A stretch of DNA of 64,000 nt from Patescibacteria group bacterium (GCA_023380305.1 JAMCQZ010000008.1:5588-69587); one strand, 5' to 3'. Shown: positions 12,310-22,161, numbered from the stretch's first letter. Notes: generated by a model from the letters alone, not told the origin. Program-made: numbers and translations.

Positions 12310-12404
12310 CTTTTCACCCCCTCTCCGATTGTTAAAACACCTGGTTGACAGGTCATTTATAAGGCTTCGGGGCCACGGAGTCAAACCTCTCTGCCGGGCC
12401 GGAT

Positions 12405-12626
12405 CTAATTCTTTATTTCAATGATTTTGTTTTTCGACCGTAGGCCCCTGATAATTTTTAGCCCGCTCGTCGGAACCCCGAAATACCGGCCGACGATCTC
12501 CAAGGCTTCGTTATTCGCTTTGCCGGCTTCGGCTTTGGCCCTGGTCTTCACAATAAAGGCTTCGTCAGACTTCCGTTCGATGCCCGCCTTAGAAGAAGCT
12601 GGACGGACTTTGATCTTAACCAACAT
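12405..12626 (-). CDS. DUF167 (YggU-like) protein
   Basis: VKIKVRP...GKANNE...IIRGLRSKNKIIEI. Confidence 0.85.
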   Translation of the reverse strand: MLVKIKVRPASSKAGIERKSDEAFIVKTRAKAEAGKANNEALEIVGRYFGVPTSGLKIIRGLRSKNKIIEIKN

Positions 12627-12707
12627 TTGTATCAATTGTAGTCCATTTCGCCAATAAAAAATCAAGGGCTATCAAGCCCTTGATTTTAAATGAGTCGTTT
12701 TCGGCGA

Positions 12708-12899
12708 TTATGATTTCTGCATCTTCTCGAAGATCAACCAGACTCCAGACAGCCCGACCAGGATGTAAATCAACTTCTCCACGGCGGCCATCGATCCGAA
12801 AATTGCCATAACCAAGTTCAGCCCGAACAAACCATACAATCCCCAGTTGATAGCGCCTATGATTACGAGAACCCAGGCAATCCAACTTAAAGTTTTCAT
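12708..12899 (-). CDS. DUF378 membrane protein
   Basis: LVIIGAINWGLYG...NLV...IYILVGLSG. Confidence 0.92.
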   Translation of the reverse strand: MKTLSWIAWVLVIIGAINWGLYGLFGLNLVMAIFGSMAAVEKLIYILVGLSGVWLIFEKMQKS

Positions 12900-12957
12900 T
12901 GCATAAAGTTTGTTAAGCGACCTTTATTGATTTAATTATAACATAAACCGGGAATGA

Positions 12958-13494
12958 TTATCCCTTTTTCGTCCCCAGGGCGGAGGCAAACCAGGAAAGC
13001 TCCTCAAAAAACTCCTTAAGCCAATCCCTGTATCTTTGGTCGATTATTTTTCCTTCGGCGTCGAACAATTTTTCCACGTTTCCGAAATACATCGCGCTTT
13101 TTATCGGTATCATGTTCAACTCAATAAGCGCGATTCGTAGCATCTCGGCCATAACGATTCCCCCGTCAAATCCCGAAGACACTCCGCAGATACCGACCGG
13201 TTTATGGCGGTATTCTTCATAAAGCTGATCCAAAAGGAGCTTTAATTCTCCTGGATAACCGTGGTTGTATTCCGGCGCTACGATAATGATCCCCTGGCTC
13301 CGCAAAACCAAATCCTGCCAACGCTTATCGATATTTTTATTATCGGTAAATCGCAGATCAAAATCCCTGATATCGATCATCGGAGATTCGAATCCAAACC
13401 GGTTTGCTTCTTCGGTCACGAATCTGGCCGGCCGGTCCGACCGCCTGCCTTCGCGGCCGGTCCCCAAAATTACTGGAATTAATAATTTCCCCAT
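12958..13494 (-). CDS. NADPH-dependent FMN reductase
   Basis: LGTGREGRRS, PEYNHGYPGELK, KPVGI. Confidence 0.92.
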   Translation of the reverse strand: MGKLLIPVILGTGREGRRSDRPARFVTEEANRFGFESPMIDIRDFDLRFTDNKNIDKRWQDLVLRSQGIIIVAPEYNHGYPGELKLLLDQLYEEYRHKPVGICGVSSGFDGGIVMAEMLRIALIELNMIPIKSAMYFGNVEKLFDAEGKIIDQRYRDWLKEFFEELSWFASALGTKKG

Positions 13495-13549
13495 CTAATA
13501 AAAACCCTCGAAAAATATTTTGTTTTTTGACGATCGGGACAGTCGCTGC

Positions 13550-13933
13550 CTATTCGACGACGATCTTGCCGGTCATCGACGGATGAATGGCGCAATGGTA
13601 GGAAAATTCGCCGGACGAATCGAAGACAACCTCAAACGTTCCTCCTTGAGGCAACGAATCGCTCTTAAACGCGCCTGCGTCGTCGACAATCACATGGGCC
13701 GTGGCGTCGTTATTGATCCACCGGACCGCCGATCCCCTGACAATCGAAAGCTCTCGCGGTTGAAAGGAAAAACCCCCTATAACCACCTTGGTAACCGTGA
13801 TAGGCGAAGGTTTCGGCCCGGGTTCAACGGAAACTTTTTTAGAAGAAACTTTTCTCTTTAAAAAAGCGGAGTAAACGTAATAAATTCCCGAAGCCACGGC
13901 CGCCACAATGATGATCCAGATGATGATGCTCAT
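13550..13933 (-). CDS. Membrane-anchored cupredoxin (plastocyanin/amicyanin-like)
   Basis: N-terminal TM; WINND..AH, YHCAIHPSMTG type-1 copper ligands. Confidence 0.92.
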   Translation of the reverse strand: MSIIIWIIIVAAVASGIYYVYSAFLKRKVSSKKVSVEPGPKPSPITVTKVVIGGFSFQPRELSIVRGSAVRWINNDATAHVIVDDAGAFKSDSLPQGGTFEVVFDSSGEFSYHCAIHPSMTGKIVVE

Positions 13934-13963
13934 TGATAGCGCTGAACTTAAAACGGGCAGACG

Positions 13964-14224
13964 TCAAAATTGAATCACATACAATCCGTCCTTGATAATT
14001 TCTTTCTTCTGACCGAAATCATCCAAGTCGAATTTCAAAACGTAATCGACTTTTTTGGTGATTTTCCGGCCTGTCGGCTGCTTTTTGACCGGATCCCACT
14101 CCTCAAGCACCAAGGTGTCTCCTTCTTTAATGGAAAAATCGGCTAATCGGAGTTCAAACCTCTTTTTCCCGGACTCGACTAAATTGAAAAAACGCGGCCA
14201 AATTTTCTTTTTAACAACTGCCAT
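13964..14224 (-). CDS. DUF3850 / ASCH (PUA-like) protein
   Basis: KKIWPRFF...SGKKRFELRLAD...GDTLVLEEWDP...TGR. Confidence 0.85.
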   Translation of the reverse strand: MAVVKKKIWPRFFNLVESGKKRFELRLADFSIKEGDTLVLEEWDPVKKQPTGRKITKKVDYVLKFDLDDFGQKKEIIKDGLYVIQF

Positions 14225-14314
14225 TGATTGATTTTTATTGCGACCTTTGACGGCGCGAGCCGAAAATCGATCATAACATCGGGCAGTCGTAAAAATCGCG
14301 GCTCTATAATTTTA

Positions 14315-14437
14315 TTATATCACAACGACAATCCGTTCCCGCGGTAATTCCGGTTCGCCGGAATGGCCGTAAACCGACGCCTGGCGGTAAACAGGCTTTT
14401 CAAGGCTCAACCGCTTAATAGTTGCTCTCGGCCGGAA
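14315..14437 (-). pseudogene. metK: 3'-terminal remnant of SAM synthetase
   Basis: Manual translation FRPRATIKRLSLEKPVYRQASVYGHSGEPELPRE resembles the MetK C-terminus (RP.AII..L.L..PIY..TA.YGHFGR..LPWE) with degenerate GHSG/PRE; no start codon. Confidence 0.7.
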
Positions 14438-14919
14438 AAACAAACAGCAAACCGGAATTACTTATTTCCCCCTTGAACGACAAACGGATTATAATTTGGT
14501 TAGAACATTGTAAAGGAGGGACGATCGCCAAGGACGACCGAATAGGCAGAATCTACTGGTCGGTGATAGTCAAACGAAGGATCGCCATTAAGGGACACCG
14601 TTGTGAGGACTGCGGCGCGACCAACGTTAAACTAATCGGCCATCACGTCCTACCATTCAGCGCTTTGAAAGATGTCCGAGCGCTTAGGGCCTCACGAGGG
14701 CAAGACGGCATTGATCTCATCGAGTTCTGTCGTTTGAGGTGTCCGACATGCGAAACGCAGGCCCACAAAAATCCCGCCTACGTTTGGGGAAATCCGCCAG
14801 AAGAGCAAGAACGCGTTATCGCCTACCTTGAAGAAAGCGGATACCAAATCAGGCAATGGCGATACAGACGGCAGTTCGACCGGACAGCCCTGGCGCCGGC
14901 GGGGGAAATGATGGAATAG
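14422..14919 (+). CDS. HNH-endonuclease-like zinc-finger protein; start uncertain (possibly ATC 14524)
   Basis: CEDC...GHHVLP...CPTC...H; TATAAT 14490-14495 and AAAGGAGG 14512-14519 lie inside the track's ORF. Confidence 0.6.
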   Translation: MLSAGKTNSKPELLISPLNDKRIIIWLEHCKGGTIAKDDRIGRIYWSVIVKRRIAIKGHRCEDCGATNVKLIGHHVLPFSALKDVRALRASRGQDGIDLIEFCRLRCPTCETQAHKNPAYVWGNPPEEQERVIAYLEESGYQIRQWRYRRQFDRTALAPAGEMME

Positions 14920-14953
14920 CGTTTAGAGCGGCTCCGGCCGCTCTTTTTTTATT

Positions 14954-15661
14954 TTAATGCCCGGCGAGATAAACGGAGATAACCGCCGCTGTTTCGGCTC
15001 GCAGCACGAGATTTCCGAGGGACGCAATCTGATAATCGTTCTCCGCAGCCGCGGCAAACTCCCTGTCAGTCCAACCACCCTCGGGTCCGATAAAAACGCC
15101 AACGCGCTTGTCACCATACATCGAAAACCACTGCGGTTTCTCGAATGTCTGTCCTTTGGGATCGAAAAAAATATTCAGCTCGTTATCTCTGGCTTGTTCC
15201 ATGGCTTCGTCGAAACCAATAATTTCAGAAACCTCGGGAAGAAAACCGCGTCCGGATTGCTCGGCCGCCTCTTTGACTATTTTCCGCAGACGGCCGATGT
15301 TCAGGTTGAGCTTGACCGTCCTGTCGGAAATAATCGGGAAAATCGCCCGCGCTCCGACTTCGGTCGCTTTTTCGGCAACCCATTCGAAATTTTCCTTTTT
15401 AAGCAAGGCGCAATAGAGGACGACCTTGACGGCCGGATCGTTCGTGTTCTGTCTTCTCTCTCCGGCCGCGAAAGAAATAAACCGCGGATGAAAGGACTTG
15501 AGCGTTCCCGTAAATTCCGATCCCTCGCCGTCGCCGAAAACGACCTCTTCCCCGGGTTTTAATTTGAGAACGTTTTTGATTTGGTTTACGAGTTCTTCGT
15601 CGCGGAGTTCCAGATAACCGCCCTCCGGCGCGAAATTGCCGATGAATCTGTGTTGTTTCAT
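14954..15661 (-). CDS. rsmE: 16S rRNA m3U1498 methyltransferase
   Basis: EKATEVG, EAAEQSGR, IGPEGGW, LGNLVLRAETA. Confidence 0.96.
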   Translation of the reverse strand: MKQHRFIGNFAPEGGYLELRDEELVNQIKNVLKLKPGEEVVFGDGEGSEFTGTLKSFHPRFISFAAGERRQNTNDPAVKVVLYCALLKKENFEWVAEKATEVGARAIFPIISDRTVKLNLNIGRLRKIVKEAAEQSGRGFLPEVSEIIGFDEAMEQARDNELNIFFDPKGQTFEKPQWFSMYGDKRVGVFIGPEGGWTDREFAAAAENDYQIASLGNLVLRAETAAVISVYLAGH

Positions 15662-15667
15662 TCCAAA

Positions 15668-16420
15668 CTATATTCTGATTGCTTCGACCGCCATGAAAAG
15701 AGGTATTTCTTTTCTCGCCTTGTCTTCGGCTTTTTGCCTCGGCCCTGGTTCGCTTTTTTTATCGGAATTCCATTCTTCGAGGCGCAAAACAGCGAAGCCC
15801 TGCCTGGCGAGCGCTTTAAAATAAACTTGGAGTGGCCGGTGGAACGACCAGGTACGTTCTTCAGGCGCGGAGCCGGGATGCGTTTGAATGGCGGCTCTGG
15901 ATTCCGATATGTAGGCGTCCACGCGACGATATTGGACTTGTTTTTCCGGATCCCAGCCCCAGCTCGAAACCTTGGGGATGCGGAAAGCCGGGTGGTTCAG
16001 CACAAAGTACAGCCGGCCAATCTGGCGCAAAACGCGGCGACATTCCGAGAAAACCGAGCCGATATCCGCCATGTTCTGAAGAGCCAAGATAACAGAAATC
16101 TTATCGATTGATCCGTCCTCCAAAAAATCCAGTTTATCGGCGGCGACCGCGTGATATTCGACTCCTGCGGATTTGCTTTCGGCGATTTTTATAAGTTCCG
16201 GAGATAGGTCAGCTCCGATCACTTTTTTGGCCTTTTTTTTGAATTCTCGGCTGAAAAATCCCTGGCCGCAGGCCAAGTCCAAGACAACGTCGGTTTTTTC
16301 GATTTCCATCATCCTCAAGAGATTGGGCAAGATCAGATCTTTTTGGTAGGTGCCTTCGGACTCCAAAAGTTCGTCGTACCATTTCGCCGCCTTTTCCCAG
16401 GACGTTCCGTTCTTTTCCAT
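15668..16420 (-). CDS. Class I SAM-dependent methyltransferase
   Basis: VLDLACGQG, GADLS, NHPAF, SFHRPL. Confidence 0.9.
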   Translation of the reverse strand: MEKNGTSWEKAAKWYDELLESEGTYQKDLILPNLLRMMEIEKTDVVLDLACGQGFFSREFKKKAKKVIGADLSPELIKIAESKSAGVEYHAVAADKLDFLEDGSIDKISVILALQNMADIGSVFSECRRVLRQIGRLYFVLNHPAFRIPKVSSWGWDPEKQVQYRRVDAYISESRAAIQTHPGSAPEERTWSFHRPLQVYFKALARQGFAVLRLEEWNSDKKSEPGPRQKAEDKARKEIPLFMAVEAIRI

Positions 16421-16426
16421 AGGTGT

Positions 16427-16816
16427 CTAATCTAATCCTAACGCAGCATTGACTTTGGAGACAACGTCGTCCATTGTCCAGTCGGTCTTTAACAAATAAA
16501 AGGAGGGTTCGTCGTGGGTAACTCCATATATCACCTTATCGTCGGCGCTTAGATTGGTGAGAATAACAATCGGTATTTTTTTACCCCACTCGGTCAGCCG
16601 CAGTTTTTTCATCATCGTCATGCCGTCCATTTTGGGCATCAAAAGATCGAGGATGATCAGGTCCGGCTTTCCCTTTTCGGCCGCCGCGAACCCCTCTTCG
16701 CCATCCTTGGCCTCGATGATACTAAATCCAACGCCGGAGAATTTATCCGCCAGCGCCCGTCTCACGGCCGGTTCGTCCTCGACCACAAGAATAATCTTGC
16801 CGCAATGTTGATTCAT
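16427..16816 (-). CDS. Stand-alone response regulator receiver
   Basis: VVEDE, DLIILDLLMPKMDG, ILTN, K; no output domain. Confidence 0.93.
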   Translation of the reverse strand: MNQHCGKIILVVEDEPAVRRALADKFSGVGFSIIEAKDGEEGFAAAEKGKPDLIILDLLMPKMDGMTMMKKLRLTEWGKKIPIVILTNLSADDKVIYGVTHDEPSFYLLKTDWTMDDVVSKVNAALGLD

Positions 16817-18435
16817 TTGGTTGAAGTTTCTAATTTGCTTTCGGAAGCCGACTTTTGCATGTTCGCCTCCGCTCTTTTGAAAGGAAGAATAACGAAAAAA
16901 GTTGTTCCTTTGTTTTCGGCCGACTCAAACCAGATGCGTCCGCCCAGTTGTTCCACGAGAGATTTAATAAGGTAAAGGCCGAGTCCATTTCCGTCGGGAT
17001 CAACCTCCCGCGCATTATCGGCCCGGAAAAGCTTAGCGAAAATCTTGTCTTGCTGGCCGGAAGGAATGCCTATACCGTTATCGGCCACGGTAATCGACAA
17101 ATTACCGCTTTCCTTTTGGATTGACTCGGTGATACGCCCTCCCTCTTTAGAATATTTGACGGCGTTTGAAAGCAGATTCTGGATAATGATCCTGATGATT
17201 TTGGGATCGGCTTCTATTTTCGGCATGGATCCGTATTTTTTATCCACGACGATATGCCGCTCCCGCATCTGCGGTTCGAGCTCGCCAATAACGCTGTCAC
17301 TGATCGCCGCAACATCGACAGCCTCGGGTTCTATCGGGAAAGTGCCCAGATCGATCTTGGACACGTTTAAAAGAGCGTTGACGAGATCGATCATTCTTTT
17401 GTTCGTCCGATAGATTTCATCAAGATAGGTCTTTTCTTTCAGTGTGATTTTACCGACGTCCCCGCCCAAAAGCATCTCCGAATACCAGTTTATGATCGAG
17501 AGCGGCGTCCGGAGCTGGTGCGAAGCCAAAGACACGAATTCGGTTTTGGCTCGATCGATCTCTTTGGTTTTGGTAATATCGCGTTCGACGCCGACATAGA
17601 ACCTGACATTCCCGGATCCGTCGAGGATCGGAGAAATCCTGAGCTCGGCGGTATAGACAACACCGTCTTTCCGGCGATTTTGCAGTTCCCCAATGAACGG
17701 CATTTTTTTATTTTTGATGGTATCCCACATCTGTTTGTAAAACTCGTCCGGCATCTGTCCGCCCCACAAAGCAGGCGTTTTCCCCTCCATCTCTTCAAAC
17801 GAATAACCCGTCATTGCCTCGGCCGCGTGATTCGCGTAAATAATCTTAGCGTCCGGATCGGTGATCATAATATGGTCCGAGGCGCTATCAACCGCCAAGC
17901 GGAATTTTTGAAGATCGGCCGCAAGATTCTCCGAAATTCTCTTTTCCCGGTCAACATCTTCAAGAACGTTCAGAAGGGCCGTCTGCGTATCTTGAAGAAT
18001 TTTATTCTTTCCTTCGATTTCCGACAGTCTCATATCCAACTCCCTCGTCTGGGCCCTTAATTTTTCCTGAAGCTCGGCGTATGCGACGTTCAACTTCCCC
18101 GCCATAAGGTTAAATGCGTCTATTAAAACGCCGACGTCTCCAGCGGCGCCCTTTTCCAGTTTGATAAAAGGTTTGCCTACGGAGAATCTCTCTGCAGCGT
18201 CAATAAGTAGTCTTATCGGCACAATGATGCGAGCGATAAAAAGATAAGCGACGACAGCCGTGATCGCAAAAGCTAAAATGACTAACGGGAAATAAATTTC
18301 CAGATTCCTGACCGCAAAATAAAACAAGAAGTCAAAAAGCACATTCCCTAAAACGAGGGCGGCCAGGAAACGCGCCGCCAAAGGCAGCTTATAGCCCACC
18401 GTCGGCCGCGATTGCTGGTTATAATTCATGGACAT
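16813..18435 (-). CDS. Membrane sensor histidine kinase (2 TM-HAMP-coiled coil-PAS-HisKA-HATPase)
   Basis: SHQLRTPLS H-box, NLLSNAVKYS, DNGIGIP, FRADN, GNGLGL. Confidence 0.96.
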   Translation of the reverse strand: MSMNYNQQSRPTVGYKLPLAARFLAALVLGNVLFDFLFYFAVRNLEIYFPLVILAFAITAVVAYLFIARIIVPIRLLIDAAERFSVGKPFIKLEKGAAGDVGVLIDAFNLMAGKLNVAYAELQEKLRAQTRELDMRLSEIEGKNKILQDTQTALLNVLEDVDREKRISENLAADLQKFRLAVDSASDHIMITDPDAKIIYANHAAEAMTGYSFEEMEGKTPALWGGQMPDEFYKQMWDTIKNKKMPFIGELQNRRKDGVVYTAELRISPILDGSGNVRFYVGVERDITKTKEIDRAKTEFVSLASHQLRTPLSIINWYSEMLLGGDVGKITLKEKTYLDEIYRTNKRMIDLVNALLNVSKIDLGTFPIEPEAVDVAAISDSVIGELEPQMRERHIVVDKKYGSMPKIEADPKIIRIIIQNLLSNAVKYSKEGGRITESIQKESGNLSITVADNGIGIPSGQQDKIFAKLFRADNAREVDPDGNGLGLYLIKSLVEQLGGRIWFESAENKGTTFFVILPFKRAEANMQKSASESKLETSTK

Positions 18436-18438
18436 GCC

Positions 18439-19401
18439 TTACGCTTTCTCGCCGAAAGATTTTTTTAGTTTCTCCATCTCCTGTTTTAACGCGACCATAT
18501 TCATTTCACGGTCAACCATCAGCCTGTTCATTTTTTCGAGCTCTAACAAATGTCTTTTTTCTTCGGCTATTTTTTCTTTTTCTTCGGTGATGTCGTCGAA
18601 AATCGCGTAGACATGACAAGGGGTGTGGTCTACTTTTTTCTGTTCGGAAACGGCATTCGCCCTAATCCAAAAGAGCTCCGGTCTTCCTTTGGTTTTTACC
18701 CCCCTCACGGCCCCGGCCACGTTCTCGCCGGTTCTTAAGGTAATGACTGCCGGATAATCCTCCGGTGGACAATATGATCCGTCTTCATAGACCATCGACC
18801 ATAAAGAGGTCGTCGGTCTCAGGCCTATTACTTCTTTGGCGGAAATACCGAGGATGCGTTCAGCCGCCGGATTAATGGCAACGATTTTCCCAGTATGATC
18901 CATGTAGAATACGCCCGAATTCATGGTGTTTATAAGCAGCTTGTACCTTTCCTTGATGTCGCGAAGGCCCGTCTCGATCGCCCGCTCTCTCGTTACGTCG
19001 CGGCCGATGCTGATAACGCCGAAATTCCCCGATTTATGATCGTGAAAAACCGCGTTGCTCCAATCAACGACTAACCGACGCTTGTTCTTGCCGATGACCG
19101 CATTCTCGTGATGGATAAATATTTTGTTCTGTTTGATGCTTTTTTCGAAAAGAGGCCTAAGCCCGGCCTCGGACGGAGTGAATTCTTCAATCCAATCCCG
19201 ACCGATCAAATCCTTCGGGGCGATGCCCAAAAGCTTCGATAAATAAACGTTGCCGTACAAAACCCTAGCCGTATTGTCCAGGACAAGCACGACCACGTCC
19301 ATAATATCGAAAACCGCGAACCAATGGGCTTTGAGCTGATCGAAACTAATTTCCAGATGCCGGCCGTGATTTGGATGATTCTGATTATTTTGAGGAGTCA
19401 T
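18439..19401 (-). CDS. Stand-alone double-PAS protein with C-terminal coiled coil
   Basis: Two PAS/PAC units (GRDVT, FDDIT); tail ELEKMNRLMVDRE; no catalytic domain. Confidence 0.88.
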   Translation of the reverse strand: MTPQNNQNHPNHGRHLEISFDQLKAHWFAVFDIMDVVVLVLDNTARVLYGNVYLSKLLGIAPKDLIGRDWIEEFTPSEAGLRPLFEKSIKQNKIFIHHENAVIGKNKRRLVVDWSNAVFHDHKSGNFGVISIGRDVTRERAIETGLRDIKERYKLLINTMNSGVFYMDHTGKIVAINPAAERILGISAKEVIGLRPTTSLWSMVYEDGSYCPPEDYPAVITLRTGENVAGAVRGVKTKGRPELFWIRANAVSEQKKVDHTPCHVYAIFDDITEEKEKIAEEKRHLLELEKMNRLMVDREMNMVALKQEMEKLKKSFGEKA

Positions 19402-19898
19402 CGCGATAATTTCTTTTTAAGCAAGGCCAGTTCGTGCTTCAACTCCAGCATTTTGTTTTCCCGGTCCACCATCAGCCGGTTTATCCGTTCGAGCTCTTGT
19501 GTACGTGCGACAACGGCTTTTTCCGTTACTCGCTCGCGAGTAACGTCTCTTACCGTTCCCACCACGAATATCATCCCGTTTTTATCGATGTAACGGGCCT
19601 TTCTGGTTAGAATGATGTGCGTTTTTTTACTCTTGTCGGTGTAAGTTTCTTCGTTGGTATTCACCTGCCCGGTTTTTAAGACTTCACTGTCATTTTCCCA
19701 AAATACCGCCACTTCTCGTTCCAAATACAAATCTCGGTCGGTTTTGCCGATGATTTCGTCGACCGGATAACCGAAAAAATCCGCGTAAGCCCTATTCACG
19801 AAAACAAACGCATGGTTTTTATCCTTAACAAATACCGGATCGGGTATGACGTTCAATATCTCCCTCAAAAAACTTGCACCGTTTATCGCCTCGGCCAT
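19398..19898 (-). CDS. Stand-alone single-PAS protein with C-terminal coiled coil
   Basis: IPDPVFVKD...VN...IIGKTD...RDVT; tail ELERINRLMVDRE. Confidence 0.88.
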   Translation of the reverse strand: MAEAINGASFLREILNVIPDPVFVKDKNHAFVFVNRAYADFFGYPVDEIIGKTDRDLYLEREVAVFWENDSEVLKTGQVNTNEETYTDKSKKTHIILTRKARYIDKNGMIFVVGTVRDVTRERVTEKAVVARTQELERINRLMVDRENKMLELKHELALLKKKLSR

Positions 19899-20012
19899 CG
19901 CCTAAATTTTTTAAAGTTAAATGATGTTATCTTGCCAAACACGTAATCTTCTGATTCTCAACCGCTCCGTGTTCGGCGCGCTGTTGCCCCGTATTTTTAA
20001 GCCGCGACTTTG

Positions 20013-20390
20013 TTAGATCCCCTTCGGATTCAACAAGTCTTCCTTTATTTTGTCCACGACTTCATTAATGGGATGCTGAGTCTTAACGAAATAATCCTTC
20101 GCTCCTAAAGCCAGACCCTCCTTAATGTCTTCATCTCCGCCCAAATTTGAAAGAATGATTACCGGTATATTTTTTAGGCTTTCTTCCTCTTTCAGATCAC
20201 GCAAAACGTCCAATCCGGGCTTTTTCGGCAAAAGCAGATCCAGAAGGATCATGTCCGGAGTGAAAGCCTTGATAAGCGGCAAAGCCGTCTCGCCGTCAAC
20301 GGCGATTTTAACGTCGAATTTCTCTTTTTCCAGTTTTTCTTTCAGGACCTGGGCTAATGCTTCCTCGTCTTCCACAATCGCTATTTTCAT
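20013..20390 (-). CDS. Stand-alone response regulator receiver
   Basis: IVEDE, DMILLDLLLPKKPG, ILSN, GAKDYFVK. Confidence 0.93.
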   Translation of the reverse strand: MKIAIVEDEEALAQVLKEKLEKEKFDVKIAVDGETALPLIKAFTPDMILLDLLLPKKPGLDVLRDLKEEESLKNIPVIILSNLGGDEDIKEGLALGAKDYFVKTQHPINEVVDKIKEDLLNPKGI

Positions 20391-20419
20391 TGAATAATTG
20401 GCAAGATTTTATGCGACCT

Positions 20420-22147
20420 TTATTGGTTGATCTCTCCGATATTTTCAATCAAATATTTGGAAAGCTTTTCGATATTCCCCTGGATTCGCTTCAGGCCGTA
20501 TTCCATCTCGCTCGCTTCTCGCTCGCTGATGTCCTTGTCACTATAGTTTTGTATCATTTTGGCGATATCTTTTTTGATAAGACCGAAGACCGCCACGATG
20601 TCTCTTTGGGCGATCAATATTCTCCGGCTGCGCATAATGCTTCGCTCCCTCATTGAAAACCAGCCGAGAAGAACGCCGACAATAAGCGTCGCGAGAAGCA
20701 ACCCGATCATGCCCGATTGAGTTATTTCGAATCCGCCGATCATCATGACCGGCCTTTCTTTGGCCGTGATCGCTTCCGATCGCGCTGGTAGACTTACCGC
20801 TCCGCGATTATCTTCAGCGACCGCCTCGATATAATAAACTCCCCGTTTCAAAGGATTGTTGAATTCTCCGGAAAAATTTCCGTTCTGATCCGGAGTCGCC
20901 TGGAGGGAAGCAATAACGTCGCCGGGCTTAGACCTTAAACTGACATTTACCACAAAGCTCGTAGACGCGGTGCCTTGGAATCTCAAGCCTCCTTCTCCAA
21001 CAAAGACCTGCCTGGTAACCGAGGTAATCGTCGGCGACGGCAACGGCAGAACCTCGAAATCAAGCGTGCTAATATTTTCGTTCCCGGCGTTATCGACGGC
21101 GGCTACCCTGACGATATGTTTTCCGGGGGTTAATTTAGAAAAAGTGAAGCTCGTATTTTTGGTCTCGACGGCCGCAGCGTTGTCGAGTTGGACTAAATAC
21201 GTCCTTATTCCGGAGAGAGAATCGGCGGATTTATAGTCGATGATCGGGCTTGGGTCCATTGTCGAAGCCGCCGGCGATATTTGAATATTAAACGCCAGCG
21301 GAGGTTCGCTATCTATCGCTAACCGATAATGAGCCGTCGGGCCCCAACCGATGTTATTTCTAAAACGCACGTGCAAATACGAGATGCCATCGGAAAGCGC
21401 GTTAAAAGTCTCATTGTCGAATAATCCTCCCGAAATAGCCGGACTGGCTGTCGGAAACTTGTCGATAATCGCGGCCACGGCGCCGACATCGCCGGGCAAA
21501 GTCCATTTAGCAAGAAAAGGCGCTATAGAGTTATACCAGGCGGCCGGATCCGGATAAAAAGGCACTTCCACCGTCGGTTTCACGGGCAAACCCGTGGCTG
21601 GGGCAGCTTCGCGGATGATCTGGGTGATGGGCGCGGCCGCTGCCGGCGGGACAACAACGCCGGATTTCGGAACAACGCTTAACTGCGCTCCGTTCATGGC
21701 CGATAAAACATTTGTCCCGCTGCCGTCGCTCGCCGTCACCGCGCCGTCGCTAAACACCAAATTTATCTGACCCGAGCCGACGGCCTTGAAGACCACCGAA
21801 ATTATTTGCAAGGACTGGCCGAATAAGCCGCTCGTCGATCCGCCGATAAACTTGACCTGGCCCTTCGCGTTATCGAAAACCGGATCCTGCAGCCAGAAAT
21901 TGATAACCGAACCGGTTTTATCGACACTTTGCGCCTGCAGAATATCTTTGGGGAAGTTCAGCGTTCCCTGAAAGGCATTCACTCCAGTGTTTTCGCTGTT
22001 TACGTGAATATCGACTTTAACCGTATCCCCTATCCCCAAGCTCATTTTGCTAGACACCAGATCCAAAGACGCGGCTTGCGCCTTTAAAGAACCGAAGAAG
22101 ATAAATCCTATAAATAGAAAAAAGAATAAATAAATTGTTTTTTTCAT
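20420..22147 (-). CDS. Cohesin-domain surface protein with Ig-like domains and C-terminal TM anchor
   Basis: Signal peptide; GDTVKVDI...VNAFQGTLNFP...FIGG...ISVVFKA...ASDGSGTNVL cohesin-like; TM near C-terminus plus cytoplasmic helix. Confidence 0.8.
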   Translation of the reverse strand: MKKTIYLFFFLFIGFIFFGSLKAQAASLDLVSSKMSLGIGDTVKVDIHVNSENTGVNAFQGTLNFPKDILQAQSVDKTGSVINFWLQDPVFDNAKGQVKFIGGSTSGLFGQSLQIISVVFKAVGSGQINLVFSDGAVTASDGSGTNVLSAMNGAQLSVVPKSGVVVPPAAAAPITQIIREAAPATGLPVKPTVEVPFYPDPAAWYNSIAPFLAKWTLPGDVGAVAAIIDKFPTASPAISGGLFDNETFNALSDGISYLHVRFRNNIGWGPTAHYRLAIDSEPPLAFNIQISPAASTMDPSPIIDYKSADSLSGIRTYLVQLDNAAAVETKNTSFTFSKLTPGKHIVRVAAVDNAGNENISTLDFEVLPLPSPTITSVTRQVFVGEGGLRFQGTASTSFVVNVSLRSKPGDVIASLQATPDQNGNFSGEFNNPLKRGVYYIEAVAEDNRGAVSLPARSEAITAKERPVMMIGGFEITQSGMIGLLLATLIVGVLLGWFSMRERSIMRSRRILIAQRDIVAVFGLIKKDIAKMIQNYSDKDISEREASEMEYGLKRIQGNIEKLSKYLIENIGEINQ

Positions 22148-22161
22148 TTGATATTTTATTT

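Noticed and set aside
19899-20012. c-di-GMP-I riboswitch upstream of the PAS genes
   Set aside because: Only a loose CAAAG...CCGA resemblance; no convincing P1-P3 pairing or GNRA tetraloop/receptor.
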